From assembly GCF_964355755.1 (NCBI RefSeq), contig NC_092672.1, positions 38,898,183 through 38,962,182 on the forward strand: 64,000 bases of DNA. The letters run 5' to 3'. A program made the translations under genes and the position numbers. The notes beneath the pieces were generated by a model. The model worked only from the letters and a program-made list of their open reading frames with translations. It ran no database searches and had not been told where the DNA came from. Positions 1 through 13,510 of the stretch are shown in pieces. Source of the stretch: Antedon mediterranea. Its lineage: Eukaryota > Animalia > Echinodermata. Each line of letters opens with the position of its first letter. The first letter of the stretch is position 1.

Positions 1-3000
1 AGAGCTTATCAGCTGATCATACAAACACGAACAATAATACTGGAGAGCTTATCAGCTGATCATACAAATACGAACAATAATACTGGAGAGCTTATCAGCT
101 GACCATACAAACACGAACAATAATACTGGAGAGCTTATCAGCTGACCATACAGATACGAACAATAATACTGGAGAGCTTATCAGCTGACCATACAAACAC
201 GAACAATAATACTGGAGAGCTTATCAGCTGATCATACAAACACGAACAATAATACTGGAGAGCTTATCAGCTGATCATACAAACACGAACAATAATACTG
301 GAGAGCTCATCAGCTGACCATACAAATACGAACAATAATACTGGAGAGCTTATCAGCGGATAATACAAACACGAACAATAATACTGGAGACAGGGGTGGC
401 GCCAGGATCTTCCCGACGCGGGGGCTACATTCCCCGACGAGGGGGCTATGCGAGCATCACTAGGCTGGGGGCCAGAGGGCCGCCAAGGGTCCCCGGTGGG
501 GGTCCAGGGGGCGAAGCCCCCGGAAGCAACGCGTTCTAGCGTCATTTGAGGTCATTTTAATCAGATTTAGGGTAGCCATTTTTTCCATTTTTTTATAATG
601 CATAAATAAAATACTGCGTGCAAAAAAACGATGCGCGATGACTGTTTCAATCCATATTTTTCAATTTAAAAAATAAAAGTTCAAAGAAAATTTTGAAAAA
701 TAGAGTTGGAGGTCCCGGAAATTGGACTTATTATACTTCAAAACATGAAACAAAATATATAAGTCCCTATCAAGGTTGTGACTGAGCTAAGAAATGTTTG
801 AAAAATAGAGATGTTAGGTCCCGGAAAATGCACTTCTTGTACTTCGAAATATGACCAGCTTTATTGTTGGGGCTGAGCTAAGAAACTGTTTAAAACTAGA
901 GCTACAGGTCTTCAAAAAATTGCATTTTATACTTCGGAAACATCAGGCCTAGAGGCTTAAAAAACGCAAGCGTAGACCTTTTTCAGTCGGGGAAATAAGT
1001 TTATTCCTCCCAAGTGTATGCGTGCGTACCATCTGGACTTCCGAGTGGTGAGAAATTCATGACATTACAGGACATTGAAAATGTAATAACTTAGCTATAA
1101 TAAGATGTTGGCTAAGCGAAAATGGCATGTTTTTTTGTTTAGTAATGGATGAAAAATTTATTTTAGGTGCCCCACGGTACAGAAGGTTACCTGTAAATTA
1201 AAAAATTGGTGAACATACGAAAAATTAACATAATTCGTTTTTGCTGTAGTGTAGCGTACGTCGACGCAGTACACGATGTAACCGTCAGTAAACTTCGCAT
1301 GGAAAATAACTACAGTAGACATTTTGGTCCCTGGATGGAACATGATATCACGCGTCTCGACCCAACGTTGAACGATTCGTACAAAGGGATACCGCCAGAC
1401 AAGTGCGAACCTAGCTATTGTTTAGTAGTAAGTTAGATCGCTGGCAATAATGAATGCATATAAAGTGCATAATATGACTCTGACGTACTCTCACGGTCAA
1501 TGAAACGTCGCGGTTTTCTAGGCGCTGAAGCTAGCTACGAAGTAAACGCGAACGCTTTTTACTTAACTGTATATTATATTCCCCGACAAAAAGTACCCGT
1601 GTTCCCTTCGGTAACCCTCGGTAAACTTCGCCTGGAAAATAACTACATTACACATTTTGGTCCCTGGATGGAACTTGATATCACGCGTCTTGACTCAACG
1701 TTGAACGATTCGTACAAAGGGATACCGCCAGACAAGTGCGCTAAATGTTTAGTAGTAAGTTAGATCGCTGGCAATAAATGAATGCATAAAAGTGCATAAT
1801 AGCCCTCTGACGTACTCTCACGGTCAATGGAACGTCGTGGTTTTCTAGGCGCTGAACAAGCTATATGAAGTGAACGCGAACGTTTTTTACTGTATATTAT
1901 ATTCCCCGACAAAAAGTACCCGTGTTCCCCGACGGGGGGGGGGGGGGGGGGGGGGGGCTAGGCTCCCCGACGAGGGGGCTAGAGCCCCCGTAGCCCCCCC
2001 GCTGGCGCCACCACTGACTGGAGAGCTTATCAGCTGACCATACAAACACGAACAATAATACTGGAGAGCTTATCAGCTGACCATACAAACACGAACAATA
2101 ATACTGGAGAGCTTATCAGCTGATCATACAAACACGAACAATAATACTGGAGAGCTTATCAGCTGATCATACAAACACGAACAATAATACTGGAGAGCTT
2201 ATCAGCTGACCATACAAACACGAACAATAATACTGGAGAGCTTATCAGCTGACCATACAAACACGAACAATAATACTGGAGAGCTTATCAGCTGACCATA
2301 CAAACACGAACAATAATACTGGAGAGCTTATCAGCTGACCATACAAACACGAACAATAATACTGGAGAGCTTATCAGCTGACCATACAAACACGAACAAT
2401 AATACTGGAGAGCTTATCAGCTGATCATACAAACACGAACAATAATACTGGAGAGCTTATCAGCTGATCATACAAACACGAACAATAATACTGGAGAGCT
2501 TATCAGCTGATCATACAAACACGAACAATAATACTGGAGAGCCTATCAGCTGACCATACAAACACGAACAATAATACTGGAGAGCTTATCAGCTGATCAT
2601 ACAAACACGAACAATAATACTGGAGAGCTTATCAGCTGACCATACAAACACGAACAATAATACTGGAGAGCTTATCAGCTGATCATACAAACACGAACAA
2701 TAATACTGGAGAGCTTATCAGCTGATCATACAAACACGAACAATAATACTGGAGAGCTTATCAGCTGACCATACAAATACGAACAATAATACTGGAGAGC
2801 TTATCAGCTGACCATACAAACACGAACAATAATACTGGAGAGCTTATCAGCTGATCATACAAACACGAACAATAATACTGGAGAGCTTATCAGCTGATCA
2901 TACAAACACGAACAATAATACTGGAGAGCTTATCAGCTGACCATACAAACACGAACAATAATACTGGAGAGCTTATCAGCTGACCATACAAACACGAACA

Positions 3001-4892
3001 ATAATACTGGAGAGCTTATCAGCTGACCATACAAATACGAACAATAATACTGGAGAGCTTATCAGCTGACCATACAAATACGAACAATAATACTGGAGAG
3101 CTTATCAGCTGACCATACAAACACGAACAATAATACTGGAGAGCTTATCAGCTGACCATACAAACACGAACAATAATAATGGAGAGCTTATCAGCTGATC
3201 ATACAAACACGAACAATAATACTGGAGAGCTTATCAACTGACCATACAAATACGAACAATAATACTGGAGAGCTTATCAGCTGACCATACAAACACGAAC
3301 AATAATACTGGAGAGCTTATCAGCTGATCATACAAACACGAACAATAATACTGGAGAGCTTATCAGCTGATCATACAAACACGAACAATAATACTGGAGA
3401 GCTTATCAGCTGACCATACAAACACGAACAATAATACTGGAGAGCTTATCAGCTGACCATACAAACACGAACAATAATACTGGAGAGCTTATCAGCTGAC
3501 CATACAAATACGAACAATAATACTGGAGAGCTTATCAGCTGACCATACAAATACGAACAATAATACTGGAGAGCTTATCAGCTGACCATACAAACACGAA
3601 CAATAATACTGGAGAGCTTATCAGCTGACCATACAAACACGAACAATAATACTGGAGAGCTTATCAGCTGACCATACAAACACGAACAATAATACTGGAG
3701 AGCTTATCAGCTGACCATACAAATACGAACAATAATACTGGAGAGCTTATCAGCTGACCATACAAACACGAACAATAATACTGGAGAGCTTATCAGCTGA
3801 CCATACAAACACGAACAATAATACTGGAGAGCTTATCAGCTGACCATACAAACACGAACAAATAATACTAGAGAGCTTATCAGCTGACCATACAAACACG
3901 AACAATAATACTGGAGAGCTTATCAGCTGACCATACAAATACGAACAATAATACTGGAGAGCTTATCAGCTGACCATACAAATACGAACAATAATACTGG
4001 AGAGCTTATCAGCTGACCATACAAACACGAACAATAATACTGGAGAGCTTATCAGCTGACCATACAAACACGAACAATAATACTGGAGAGCTTATCAGCT
4101 GACCATACAAACACGAACAATAATACTGGAGAGCTTATCAGCTGACCATACAAATACGAACAATAATACTGGAGAGCTTATCAGCTGACCATACAAACAC
4201 GAACAATAATACTGGAGAGCTTATCAGTTGACCATACAAACACGAACAATAATACTGGAGAGCTTATCAGCTGACCATACAAACACGAACAATAATACTG
4301 GAGAGCTTATCAGCTGACCATACAAACACGAACAATAATACTGGAGAGCTTATCAGCTGACCATACAAACACGAACAATAATACTGGAGAGCTTATCAGC
4401 TGACCATACAAACACGAACAATAATACTGGAGAGCTTATCAGCTGACCATACAAACACGAACAATAATACTGGAGAGCTTATCAGCTGACCATACAAACA
4501 CGAACAATAATACTGGAGAGCTTATCAGCTGACCATACAAATACGAACAATAATACTGGAGAGCTTATCAGCTGACCATACAAACACGAACAATAATACT
4601 GGAGAGCTTATCAGCTGACCATACAAACACGAACAATAATACTAGAGAGCTTATCAGCTGACCATACAAACACGAACAATAATACCGGAGAGCTTATCAG
4701 CTGACCATACAAACACGAACAATAATACTGGAGAGCTTATCAGCTGACCATACAAATACGAACAATAATACTGGAGAGCTTATCAGCTGACCATACAAAT
4801 ACGAACAATAATACTGGAGAGCTTATCAGCTGATCATACAAACACGAACAATAATACTGGAGAGCTTATCAGCTGACCATACAAATACGAAC
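1..4892. repeat. 43-bp tandem satellite (AGAGCTTATCAGCTGACCATACAAACACGAACAATAATACTGG)n, interrupted at 391-2016
   Basis: Period 43 seen directly (AGAGCTT at 1 and 44), with near-identical copies. Runs off the left edge and lies in intron 3 of the minus-strand EF-hand gene. Confidence 0.98.
391..2016. mobile_element. Non-autonomous hAT-like DNA transposon inserted in the 43-bp satellite
   Basis: TIR CAGGGGTGGCGCCAG ... CTGGCGCCACCACTG (14/15) and perfect 8-bp TSD ACTGGAGA (383-390, 2017-2024). Subterminal CCCCGACGAGGGGGCTA motifs and an internal duplication of about 320 bp (ca. 1288-1606 / 1621-1930). No transposase. Confidence 0.9.
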
Positions 4893-4914
4893 ATGTACAA
4901 TGATATCCACTTAC

Positions 4915-5866
4915 AACTCTTCAAAATCGATTAGTCCGTCATGATTTAGATCAAATTCTTGAAAGAGTAGCCGAAAGTCAAATATATCTGCTTCGGTCCA
5001 TTGTGTGTATTTATTAGCCAACGCACGTATATCTATATTAAATATAAGACAGAATTATTTAACTGCGCACGGTATTCTTACGAATAATATTTAGGTTTTG
5101 TTTTAATACGATCGGGTAAGGTTTGTATTCTATATAGGTCGCATTCACTTGAAATATGATACTATATTTTATATTAATTATTTTAAGTTCAAAAAGTTAT
5201 TTAATATTTATAATCTTCTTGCCTTCAAATTTAGCCTTTGCCTCCATGGCTTCTTGTCGGTTTTCAATAATATTCTTAAAGTGTTTTTCTGTTATGTTCT
5301 CAAATCTTGTTTTTTCCAAAGTACTTTCATTAACAGCAAATTCTCTTTTCTGACCTACTATTTGAATAATAATAATATTTAGAAAGTAGGCCTAGCCTAG
5401 GCCTAGGCATATTATAATTACTAAATTATGCCTAGGCCTAGAGGACAGGCCTGCCTAGGCCCTAGGTATTAAAATCCTAGAAGTAGGCCTAGTCTAGTAT
5501 AGAATACCGTAATTATTACGGTAGTAGGCCTAATGAAGTATGCTATAGATAGAAAAGTTCTTAGTTGGCAGTTCTACAGGGGCGGGTGTGTGATGGGAGT
5601 CCTAGTGCACGCGTGGGCCAGGCCGCCGACTGATGGCACGTACGTACATACACACGTCACCACACACACGTCTTACATCAATCATGGTTGGAACGTGCCA
5701 CTAATACCGCTCCCCCTCCCCCATTTATCTATTCCGTCGGTTATTATTCCCTGTCAGTTTAGTTAATCACTAGGTTCTAGATCTACTTGCCTGTTGGCAT
5801 GAAAGCTGCTGGAGATGTAAAATATATTTCTTTAGGAGCAACAGGAAAACTTATCGAAATTCCCAT
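4915..5866 (-). CDS. EF-hand calcium-binding protein (AIF1/EFHD-like loop), 5' exons only; gene continues beyond the left edge
   Basis: Exons 5866(or 5980)-5791, 5354-5223 and 5032-4915 join in frame: MGISISFPVAPKEIYFTSPAAFMPTG-QKREFAVNESTLEKTRFENITEKHFKNIIENRQEAMEAKAKFE-DIRALANKYTQWTEADIFDFRLLFQEFDLNHDGLIDFEE. Canonical EF loop DLNHDGLIDFEE. Exon 3 donor is GTAAGT. Confidence 0.75.
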
Positions 5867-6109
5867 CCTGCACGATCTCCAGGCCACACAAAAACCACCC
5901 GGTACACTGTAAGGTGCTGTAAACACATCCGATGCGATCTCTGATACGAGTTTTGTTGTCATGAGGAACTTAATGCGCATTCGCGTACAGATACGCGTAA
6001 GTCAATAGGATAGCAGCGCGACTAGTGGCCTGGTAGTGGTTTCGGTCTGTGTGTACCGTACGCATTTAGGCCTATTAGAACAACATTTACTGTAAAAAAT
6101 GTCTTTATT

Positions 6110-7165
6110 TATTGCCGAAAAGACAGCTTTAAAGTCAGACCCCCTAAATTACAGACCAGTCAGCCTTACATCTATAATATGCAAGACCATGGAGACGTTT
6201 GTAAGAAATTCCTTGATGAATCATATCAATCAATCACCTTTTTTCTACTCATCAACATGGCTTTAGATCAGGTCGTTCATGTACCACCTTGATGATTGAA
6301 GTTTTAGAACAATGGACCAAATGGTTTGAAGAGGGTCAATGTTTTGATTGCATCTTTCTAGATTTCAAAAGAGCGTTTGACAGTGTACCACATGAAAGAC
6401 TGTTAAACAAATTACAGGCGTATCATGATTCATATGGCATTGGAGGAAATTTATTAAACTGGATTTTAAATGGAGTTCATTCAGAAAGCCTGCGAGTTAG
6501 TAGTGGAGTCCCACAGGGCAGTGTAGGCTACTTGGTCCTGCACTGTTCAATATATTTATTAATGATATCCCTGATGGAGTTAGTTCAAAAGTAAAAATTT
6601 TTGCAGATGATACCAAAATGTTCAATTTGGTGAACAGTGTGGAAGAATCATGGATTACAGGATGATCTGAATAAATTATTTGAATGGTCTGAGAAATGGC
6701 AACTTCCTTTCAACTTAATGAAATGTATTATGCATTTTGGAAGAAGGAAAGGAATAGGAAAGTGATCTATCATGGGTACTGATCAAAGAAGAATTCCAAT
6801 TCAATCCATAACAGATTTGGGAATCATACTTGATAATAAATTGTCCTTTGGATTACATGTTGCACCGAAGGCTTCTATGGCAAACAGAAAATAAGGAATG
6901 ATAAAACGAACGTTTCATTATTCTTTCATGCAGCTGTATAAAACCATAATCAGGCCGTCAATCGAGTATTGCAGTCCTGTTTGGCAACATATATATCACC
7001 TTAATGAGTCAGACAAGCTTGAAAAAGTGCAACAGAGAGCAACCCGTTTGGTGCCAGGTATTAGAAGAGATATACTTATCAGGATAGATTGAAACAACTA
7101 CAACTACCTACTCTTTATTTCAGAAGGCTGAGATCTGCTCTAATCCAGGTTTTTAAAATTTGTAG
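6110..7165 (+). mobile_element. Decayed CR1-clade LINE, reverse transcriptase fragment
   Basis: Motifs NYRPVSLTS, QHGFRSGRSCTT, FLDFKRAFDSVPH, SGVPQGSV, FADDTK and LEKVQQRATRLVP across several frameshifts and stops. Confidence 0.9.
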
Positions 7166-7167
7166 TC

Positions 7168-7810
7168 ATATTCAAAGTAACATTTATTTTCTTCAAAATA
7201 AAACAGTCAACAAAATGGTGTAAAGAAAGGTGATATGATTGAAGAAGGCATGATCAAAAAAGCAAAAAGCTTGTGACAGACATGCCTAAACAAAGATTAG
7301 ATAAAAACAACACGAAAAAAGAAAATAAATAAATAAATTAATAAATTAAAAAAATAAAGAAATAACAATATAAAAAATTTACATAACATGGGTTAAACTA
7401 AATAAGTAAAATAACAAACAAAAAAAAACAATTTTGGTATAAATAAAGAATTGATTCGTCTTCTTCTTGTTACTCATCATTAAAATTATTATCATAAAAT
7501 GTAATATAATAAAAAATAATACTTGGATGTGATATATCTTTTAAGTTTAAATGAAAAGCTTTTCTTAGATACAGCAACTTTAATATTTGAAGGTAGTTTA
7601 TTCCATAGTTTAGGTCCACTAAATCTTATGTTATATTGAAATGAAGTTTTTTTATGAAGAGGGATATGCATATCCTGTACAGTTCGAGTTCTATAATTGT
7701 GAAAAGATGCGTTTGGTTGGAATAAATTTGTAAATTGAGGTGGGTTTAGGGAGTTAATCGATGATATTGATAATATAGATGCCAGAAATCTGAAAAAAAT
7801 GATTAAAAAC
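7168..7810 (-). mobile_element. 3' fragment of an L2/CR1-group LINE (ORF2 C-terminus plus 3' UTR)
   Basis: HNYRTR...IRFSGPKLWNKLP...SFSFKLK, typical of L2/Crack/Daphne ORF2 ends, followed by a T-rich UTR. Tail-to-tail with the CR1 fragment. Confidence 0.75.
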
Positions 7811-10017
7811 ATTTTTTTTTAAATGAATATGCCATCCCTGGTCAGACAAGGAGTTTTGGTTAATACATTTACAGTTTTTTTGTGTCTAATTTTGCTATGG
7901 AAGTGAATATTACTGCAATGATCTATTCGAAGTCTGATTTTTATCTTCATTTTCCATATTCTTGGGGACATGTCTCCAAGAAATCAAGAGCATAACGGAT
8001 GTAATTCCAGTGCTTAATTCATATTTCCTAAAAATGAAGGATTTCCGCCGAATTAGCAACCACACCAATGAAATGAAACATTCCTCAAATGAAGTACCTC
8101 TAGTACCTGTTCTTTGGCTATGTACTGGTATTATTTCAAACTGGCACATCGAATGGGGTTTATGCGTGCGCGCGGGAACGCACGAATCGTCGGAGCTTTT
8201 AAACAACTTTGGTGAATAATGTGAGCGTAAATAGCTATAGGCTTATCTAATACTACTAATTGTCATTATCAGAAATGTAACAATTGTCGGTTTTCCGGTA
8301 CTGTGAAACGAAAAGGAATCCAATACCGTTAATAAGTACATTACCCTTCCGGGAAGGCTGGCTATCAGATTGCAAAATTTTCCCTCATTCGTTGACATCC
8401 GGGCGGTAGGCCTACCCAATTCTGTAATTTATATTTAAAATTTAAATTTCGTTTGGTGTTCGTTTTAAATCATAATTAGCAAATAAAAAAAATTACAAAT
8501 TGTGCAATAAAATCATTTCGTAATTACTACAACAGAAGTTGCATTTATTAATGTTTCATTGTTAATCTCGACACCCATAACAAAAGTAGACTATTCCAAG
8601 TGTTTGATTTGTGTGGCGGCGTATAAACAAACTAAAACAGAGTTTCACTGGTTCTGAAGAAGAAGGTTGGTTTCGTGTTTATTTTCATTCTTCGTTGTTT
8701 CAGGTATTGTAACATTTAGTATATTAACAGTAATTATATAGGCTTTTAACAGTATGGGCACCTGTAAAGCTTGTTGAAAGCTTTTTGTTTTTAGTTTGAC
8801 CTTGGTTGCCTTGTTGTTAGCAGTCATATGAAAAGATAAAGAAAGGTAAGTAGGAAGGATTTGTTGTTATCCTAAACATAAAGAATATTGTACTTAAACA
8901 TAATAAACAAACTGAAACAAGTGCTGATTGTCATCTTGAACCAATATTGAAATGAATCCAAATTTGTAAATGTATCTTCTTCTGTAATAGGTCTTGTGTG
9001 ATATTCTCTGCTTTTAGTTTGTGAAAATTGATTTTCCACTTAGACGTGTGATTAATAGATTCAAAGCATTTATTGTGCAAACACCAGGAAGTGTTTCTGT
9101 CTCCTAATGTATTTTACAGGTTTTAGTATTAACAATTAGAACATATACTAGAGTTTATTGGGTTTAGAAATTCAACAAATAATTTAGACCAGCTGTTGAT
9201 CTGATGGTTGTTTGTCTTTCTGTTTTAAACTTGTATTAAACCTACTGACGATCTATAAAAGGGGTGGTACAGTACGTCCATATTAACAAATCAAACATTC
9301 TCAACTGGTGTGGTAATTTCAGAGTTTTTGGCTCATTTATTTAAAATTAGAATAACCAATTATGTACAGGATTTATATAATAGCATGGAGTAAAGTTTAC
9401 TCCATGATAATAGTAAATAAAGTTTAATATTTAATGCAGGCTTATGAGGCTCTATTGGCATATCTTTAACTGCAGTTTGATTTTGAAAGTTTTACATTGA
9501 CATTTAAAACCTAATGTGAAGTTGAATACATCAATCAATCAATATTTGGGAACTTTCAGTTTGTTAAATTAATTATGTAGAACCTCAATATCATAATTCA
9601 ATACATGTAAGTCCTTCAGAAACATAGTCACATAGTGATAAGAGATTTTAAGAAAAGAAACAGAAACTTGATGGACATCTGATTGGCTTCTGTATTATTT
9701 CACCTGATTGGCTTCTGTGTGATGAGCAACTTGTACATATTACAACATTGAACTTTCACAATTTTATAATTACATTAAAGTAATTTGTAACTAATATGAT
9801 TCACACTGATTACCAATGTTTTAAACTCCCCAATTCTTTCTGCACATTCACTTTGATACTGTTGGCTGTGACATTTAAAGTGAAGTACACTAACATTATT
9901 ATTGTGTATGCATTTGGTGTCTTAGAAGTGAAAACATCTTTAAGAATAAATTTTTAGTAGTAAACCATTCAACATTTTAATTTATTTACTATTTATTTTT
10001 TCAGATCATTGATAGCA

Positions 10018-12272
10018 ATGCCAAGTTTATATGACATTACAAATAATGAAACATTCAACTCCTCAACAATGAACTCAGTGCCACCAACTACCGGTGTCAG
10101 CGGTATGAACTTTTCTGAAGTGCCACCAATGACCGGTGTCAGCGGTATGAACTTGTCTGAAGTGACAGCAGCAACCGGTGTCAGTGGAATTTACTCAAAA
10201 GTTTACTTGAATTTTCTAATAATTTCAATCATCATTCTTATGATTATAAGCATGTTTGGAAATACAATGATTATTCTAGCAACTATATTTTACAAGTCTA
10301 TGCGAACAAAAACAAACATTGCTATTTTAAATCTGGCAATTGCAGACATAGGAGTAACAGTATTGGCTATGCCTGTTTCATTAGTGTCTGTAATTAAAAA
10401 TGGCGAGGATTGGATGTCACCTACTCTTTGTGATATAAACTCATTTTGTAATGCCTTATTTCTTATTGCATCTGTTCACAGTCTCATGTATATAAGTGTG
10501 CATAAGTACTTTTCTCTTGTGAAACCACTTAATCGTTATGTTACAAAAAGACGAACAATAGTCATGATAATTGTTGCATGGTTGACAGGTATTGCATGTG
10601 GAATTGGCCCAATTTTTGGATGGACAACCAATGAATTTAAACATGAACAGGGAGCAACCCAGTGTGGACCACAATACCCAGAAACTCCATTGCAAAAATC
10701 TCACGGAATATTTGTGTTTGCAGTTGGATTATTTGCACCATTAGTAGTTTTGTTCTTTACGTACACAGCAATATTTGTTGAAGTTCACCGGTTTTCAAAT
10801 CGACTGCTTAATAATACTAGTATGGCAGAAATGAGGATAGTTAAACAGAAAATACGAATTACAGTTACTTTATTTATTATTGTGGTGGCGTTCTTAATTT
10901 GTTGGTTACCGTACATGACGTATGTAACATGGGCGATCATCAAAGGATATGAGAGCATTCCTATATGGTTCAACTCATTTGCATACTGGTCTGGATATCT
11001 TAGCTGCGCCCTTAATCCAATCATATATGCATGGAGGACAAAGACATTTCGAACAGCCTTTCTGAATATATTGCGTTGCAAGTCTAAAATGGACAAAACA
11101 AAAATAACAGGTATAATGTATACAATTGTTTACATATAAAAAAAAAGTATAGTAGTTGGTCTAATGGAGTGATAAAGATGATGTAAAATAATGCATCTTT
11201 TTCAGGTTAAATTCAATAGAGGATTGGTCCAGCTTCTCTGTGTTCAACAATTTCATAACATTTATTTAGGCGGACATATCATTATTACTCCATTACTTAA
11301 TCTAAATCGTTGGGACTGAATAGTAATGTTGACCCCATTGACATTTTGTACTGTAGCAGTTGTAATTAAATCATCATCATTTCTTTTATCTTATGACAAG
11401 CAAGCATTTCAAGACAAGGTGAATTATGATTGCAGACTCTGTTCCTATATATATTACAGATAAACAAATGTCAAGATCTACTTTCAAAAAATCGTAATAT
11501 AAATCTTTAAGAGCAAACTAATTTGCTGTGAAAGTTAGATATTTATGAAGTTTATTCATTGTTTCACTAATCATTTCATCAATTCATTCAGTTTATTTTG
11601 TGTGAAAATAGAATCTAAAATCATGTTAAAATGTTGTACCGTTGTATTTTATGTTAATATGTTGTATTTTACTTTTGCACTAATATTCATCTACGACATC
11701 ATCTCCATATCTCTATTTACATTTTATAAGTCTTAATGTCTCAACCGTTTACAGTGTACTGCTACAGCTAGTCTAGTTTACATTGAATGGTCTGAATGTA
11801 TTAACAAATCGCCCAAAGATACTCAACTCATTTATTGTCTCTTTATATTACAGCCGAGTTGTCACCTCACTTTCCAAAGAAATACAAAATTGTTGGTGCA
11901 TTAGTGCCTGGATATCCTACCATCATCAACCACCAGCAAACTGACTTAGGTATAGCAAATGGAGCTGACCTCAGAGGTCATCCAGAAGATGTCAATGATG
12001 ACCACACAAATGACCCAACTGATAAAAGAATGTTCAATTCCTTCAGACTCAGTAGATCTTCTAAAAAATCAACCAAAAAAGAAGATTGCAAAAGATTATT
12101 TAGGAAGCATGACAAACTGTGCAAGGAAAATATTCAGATGGAAATTATTGATCACCGAGAACTTGTGCGGACGGTTTTCTCATGTCCAGCAGGCACATTT
12201 GATAGTCCAAAACATGCATCGACCAGATGGCCTTTTAGTGGTCTAGATATTCATAGACAATGCAGTATTTAA
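10018..12272 (+). CDS. Rhodopsin-family (class A) orphan GPCR, 2 coding exons
   Basis: Exons 10018-11110 and 11854-12272 (phase 1, ACAG|GTATAA ... TTACAG|CC). Seven hydrophobic helices with GN (TM1), LAIAD (TM2), HKY in place of DRY, CWLP (TM6) and NPIIY (TM7). An acceptor at 10004 implies a 5' UTR intron. Confidence 0.92.
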
Positions 12273-13510
12273 ATCAAATTTAGAGACAATTCAGACATTG
12301 ATTTAACAGCCGTTATTAACATGATCCCTATCTAGAGCATTTCTAAGCCTATTGATGGTATTGGAAATGTTGGTGACACTAATAATAATTTCACCTGATA
12401 AGATGGTGCATGGCATTTTTAGTCTGTGGTCTGGAATGCAGTATTGTTAGTTTGTAAATACACTATAAACAGAATTGAAAATACTATATAAACTACATCA
12501 GCAACTCAGAGACCACTGGAAATGGTATAAAGTATTTTTTAAATATATATTTGGTTGACCTCATTAAATATATAAAAAATAAAATCAGAAAATGCTCCAA
12601 TACCATTTTGTCTTCTTAGCCATTTGTTCCCATAGACATTGTTACAAATATCACATATCCCAGTAGGCCTACTATTACTAAAACACTTATACGCAAAAAA
12701 AGAACGTTAGTATAGGTTGAATCAGTGTTTTAGAAATTGTGTGCAGAAATTTGATTCAAATGACGACTTTACAATACTGACGACGTTATTTTATGACCGA
12801 TTAATAGGCTATACATTTACAAGTTCACAGAGTCAATACAACAGTCAAGGCAATCAAATACTGTTTGTAGAGCCTTTTGTGTTGTTATGAGTACGCGGTA
12901 CTAGTTATTATTGGTTTTATTTCCTGTTGTTAGCCGATAATCTCATGATCTAAGTTACGTTGTTTGTTTTTTGTTTGTATTAACTCATACACAAACTGGT
13001 AGAATGAAATAGTTGTTGGATGTATTAATTCTGAGACGCTGACTAACTTTTCTGCCCCACCCTGCCTCGGGAATCTCCTGCCCCATACGTGATGATTTAA
13101 TCCAGAGACTCACACACGCCTATGACACACCCCCAATTTGGACCAATCACATCGTAATAAACTTCTATTGCCATTGGGTATAATTATTAATAATAGTTTT
13201 GCCTGGTATTTCAGAGATTTAAAATGATGGTTGCCACTTTAATTTTATTTAATATCACATGCTGCTCTCTACCACCTATTAATAGTATTTAATATTATTA
13301 ACAACCCTATACAATGTTACACCATATACTAAACAATGAATGTATGATTCATGCCGTGTGTAATGCGCCATCGTGCGTTTTGTTATTTACCTCTGAGATA
13401 AGTAAACAGGATACATGCTGTTGTTGTTGTGAAGAAGAAATTTCACCTTTGGAGGATTAGTTTTTTGTAATTCATACATAAGTCAAACATTAATTTAGTT
13501 TACATACAAA

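Noticed and set aside
267-3938. ORFs inside the satellite and hAT element (267-545, 1158-1343, 1206-1436, 1500-1763, 1897-2088, 3750-3938)
   Set aside because: Chance translations of repeats, with no transposase or other recognisable motifs.
1-4892. CRISPR-like appearance of the regular short repeats (also 21344-25840 and 54290-55841)
   Set aside because: Units are head-to-tail with no unique spacers, there are no cas genes, and the context is eukaryotic introns.
7910-8219. Overlapping opposite-strand ORFs of 98 and 85 aa
   Set aside because: No recognisable domain or convincing splice context. More likely promoter or UTR region between divergent genes.
10456-11096. Minus-strand ORFs within the GPCR
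   Set aside because: Antisense shadows of a genuine coding exon.
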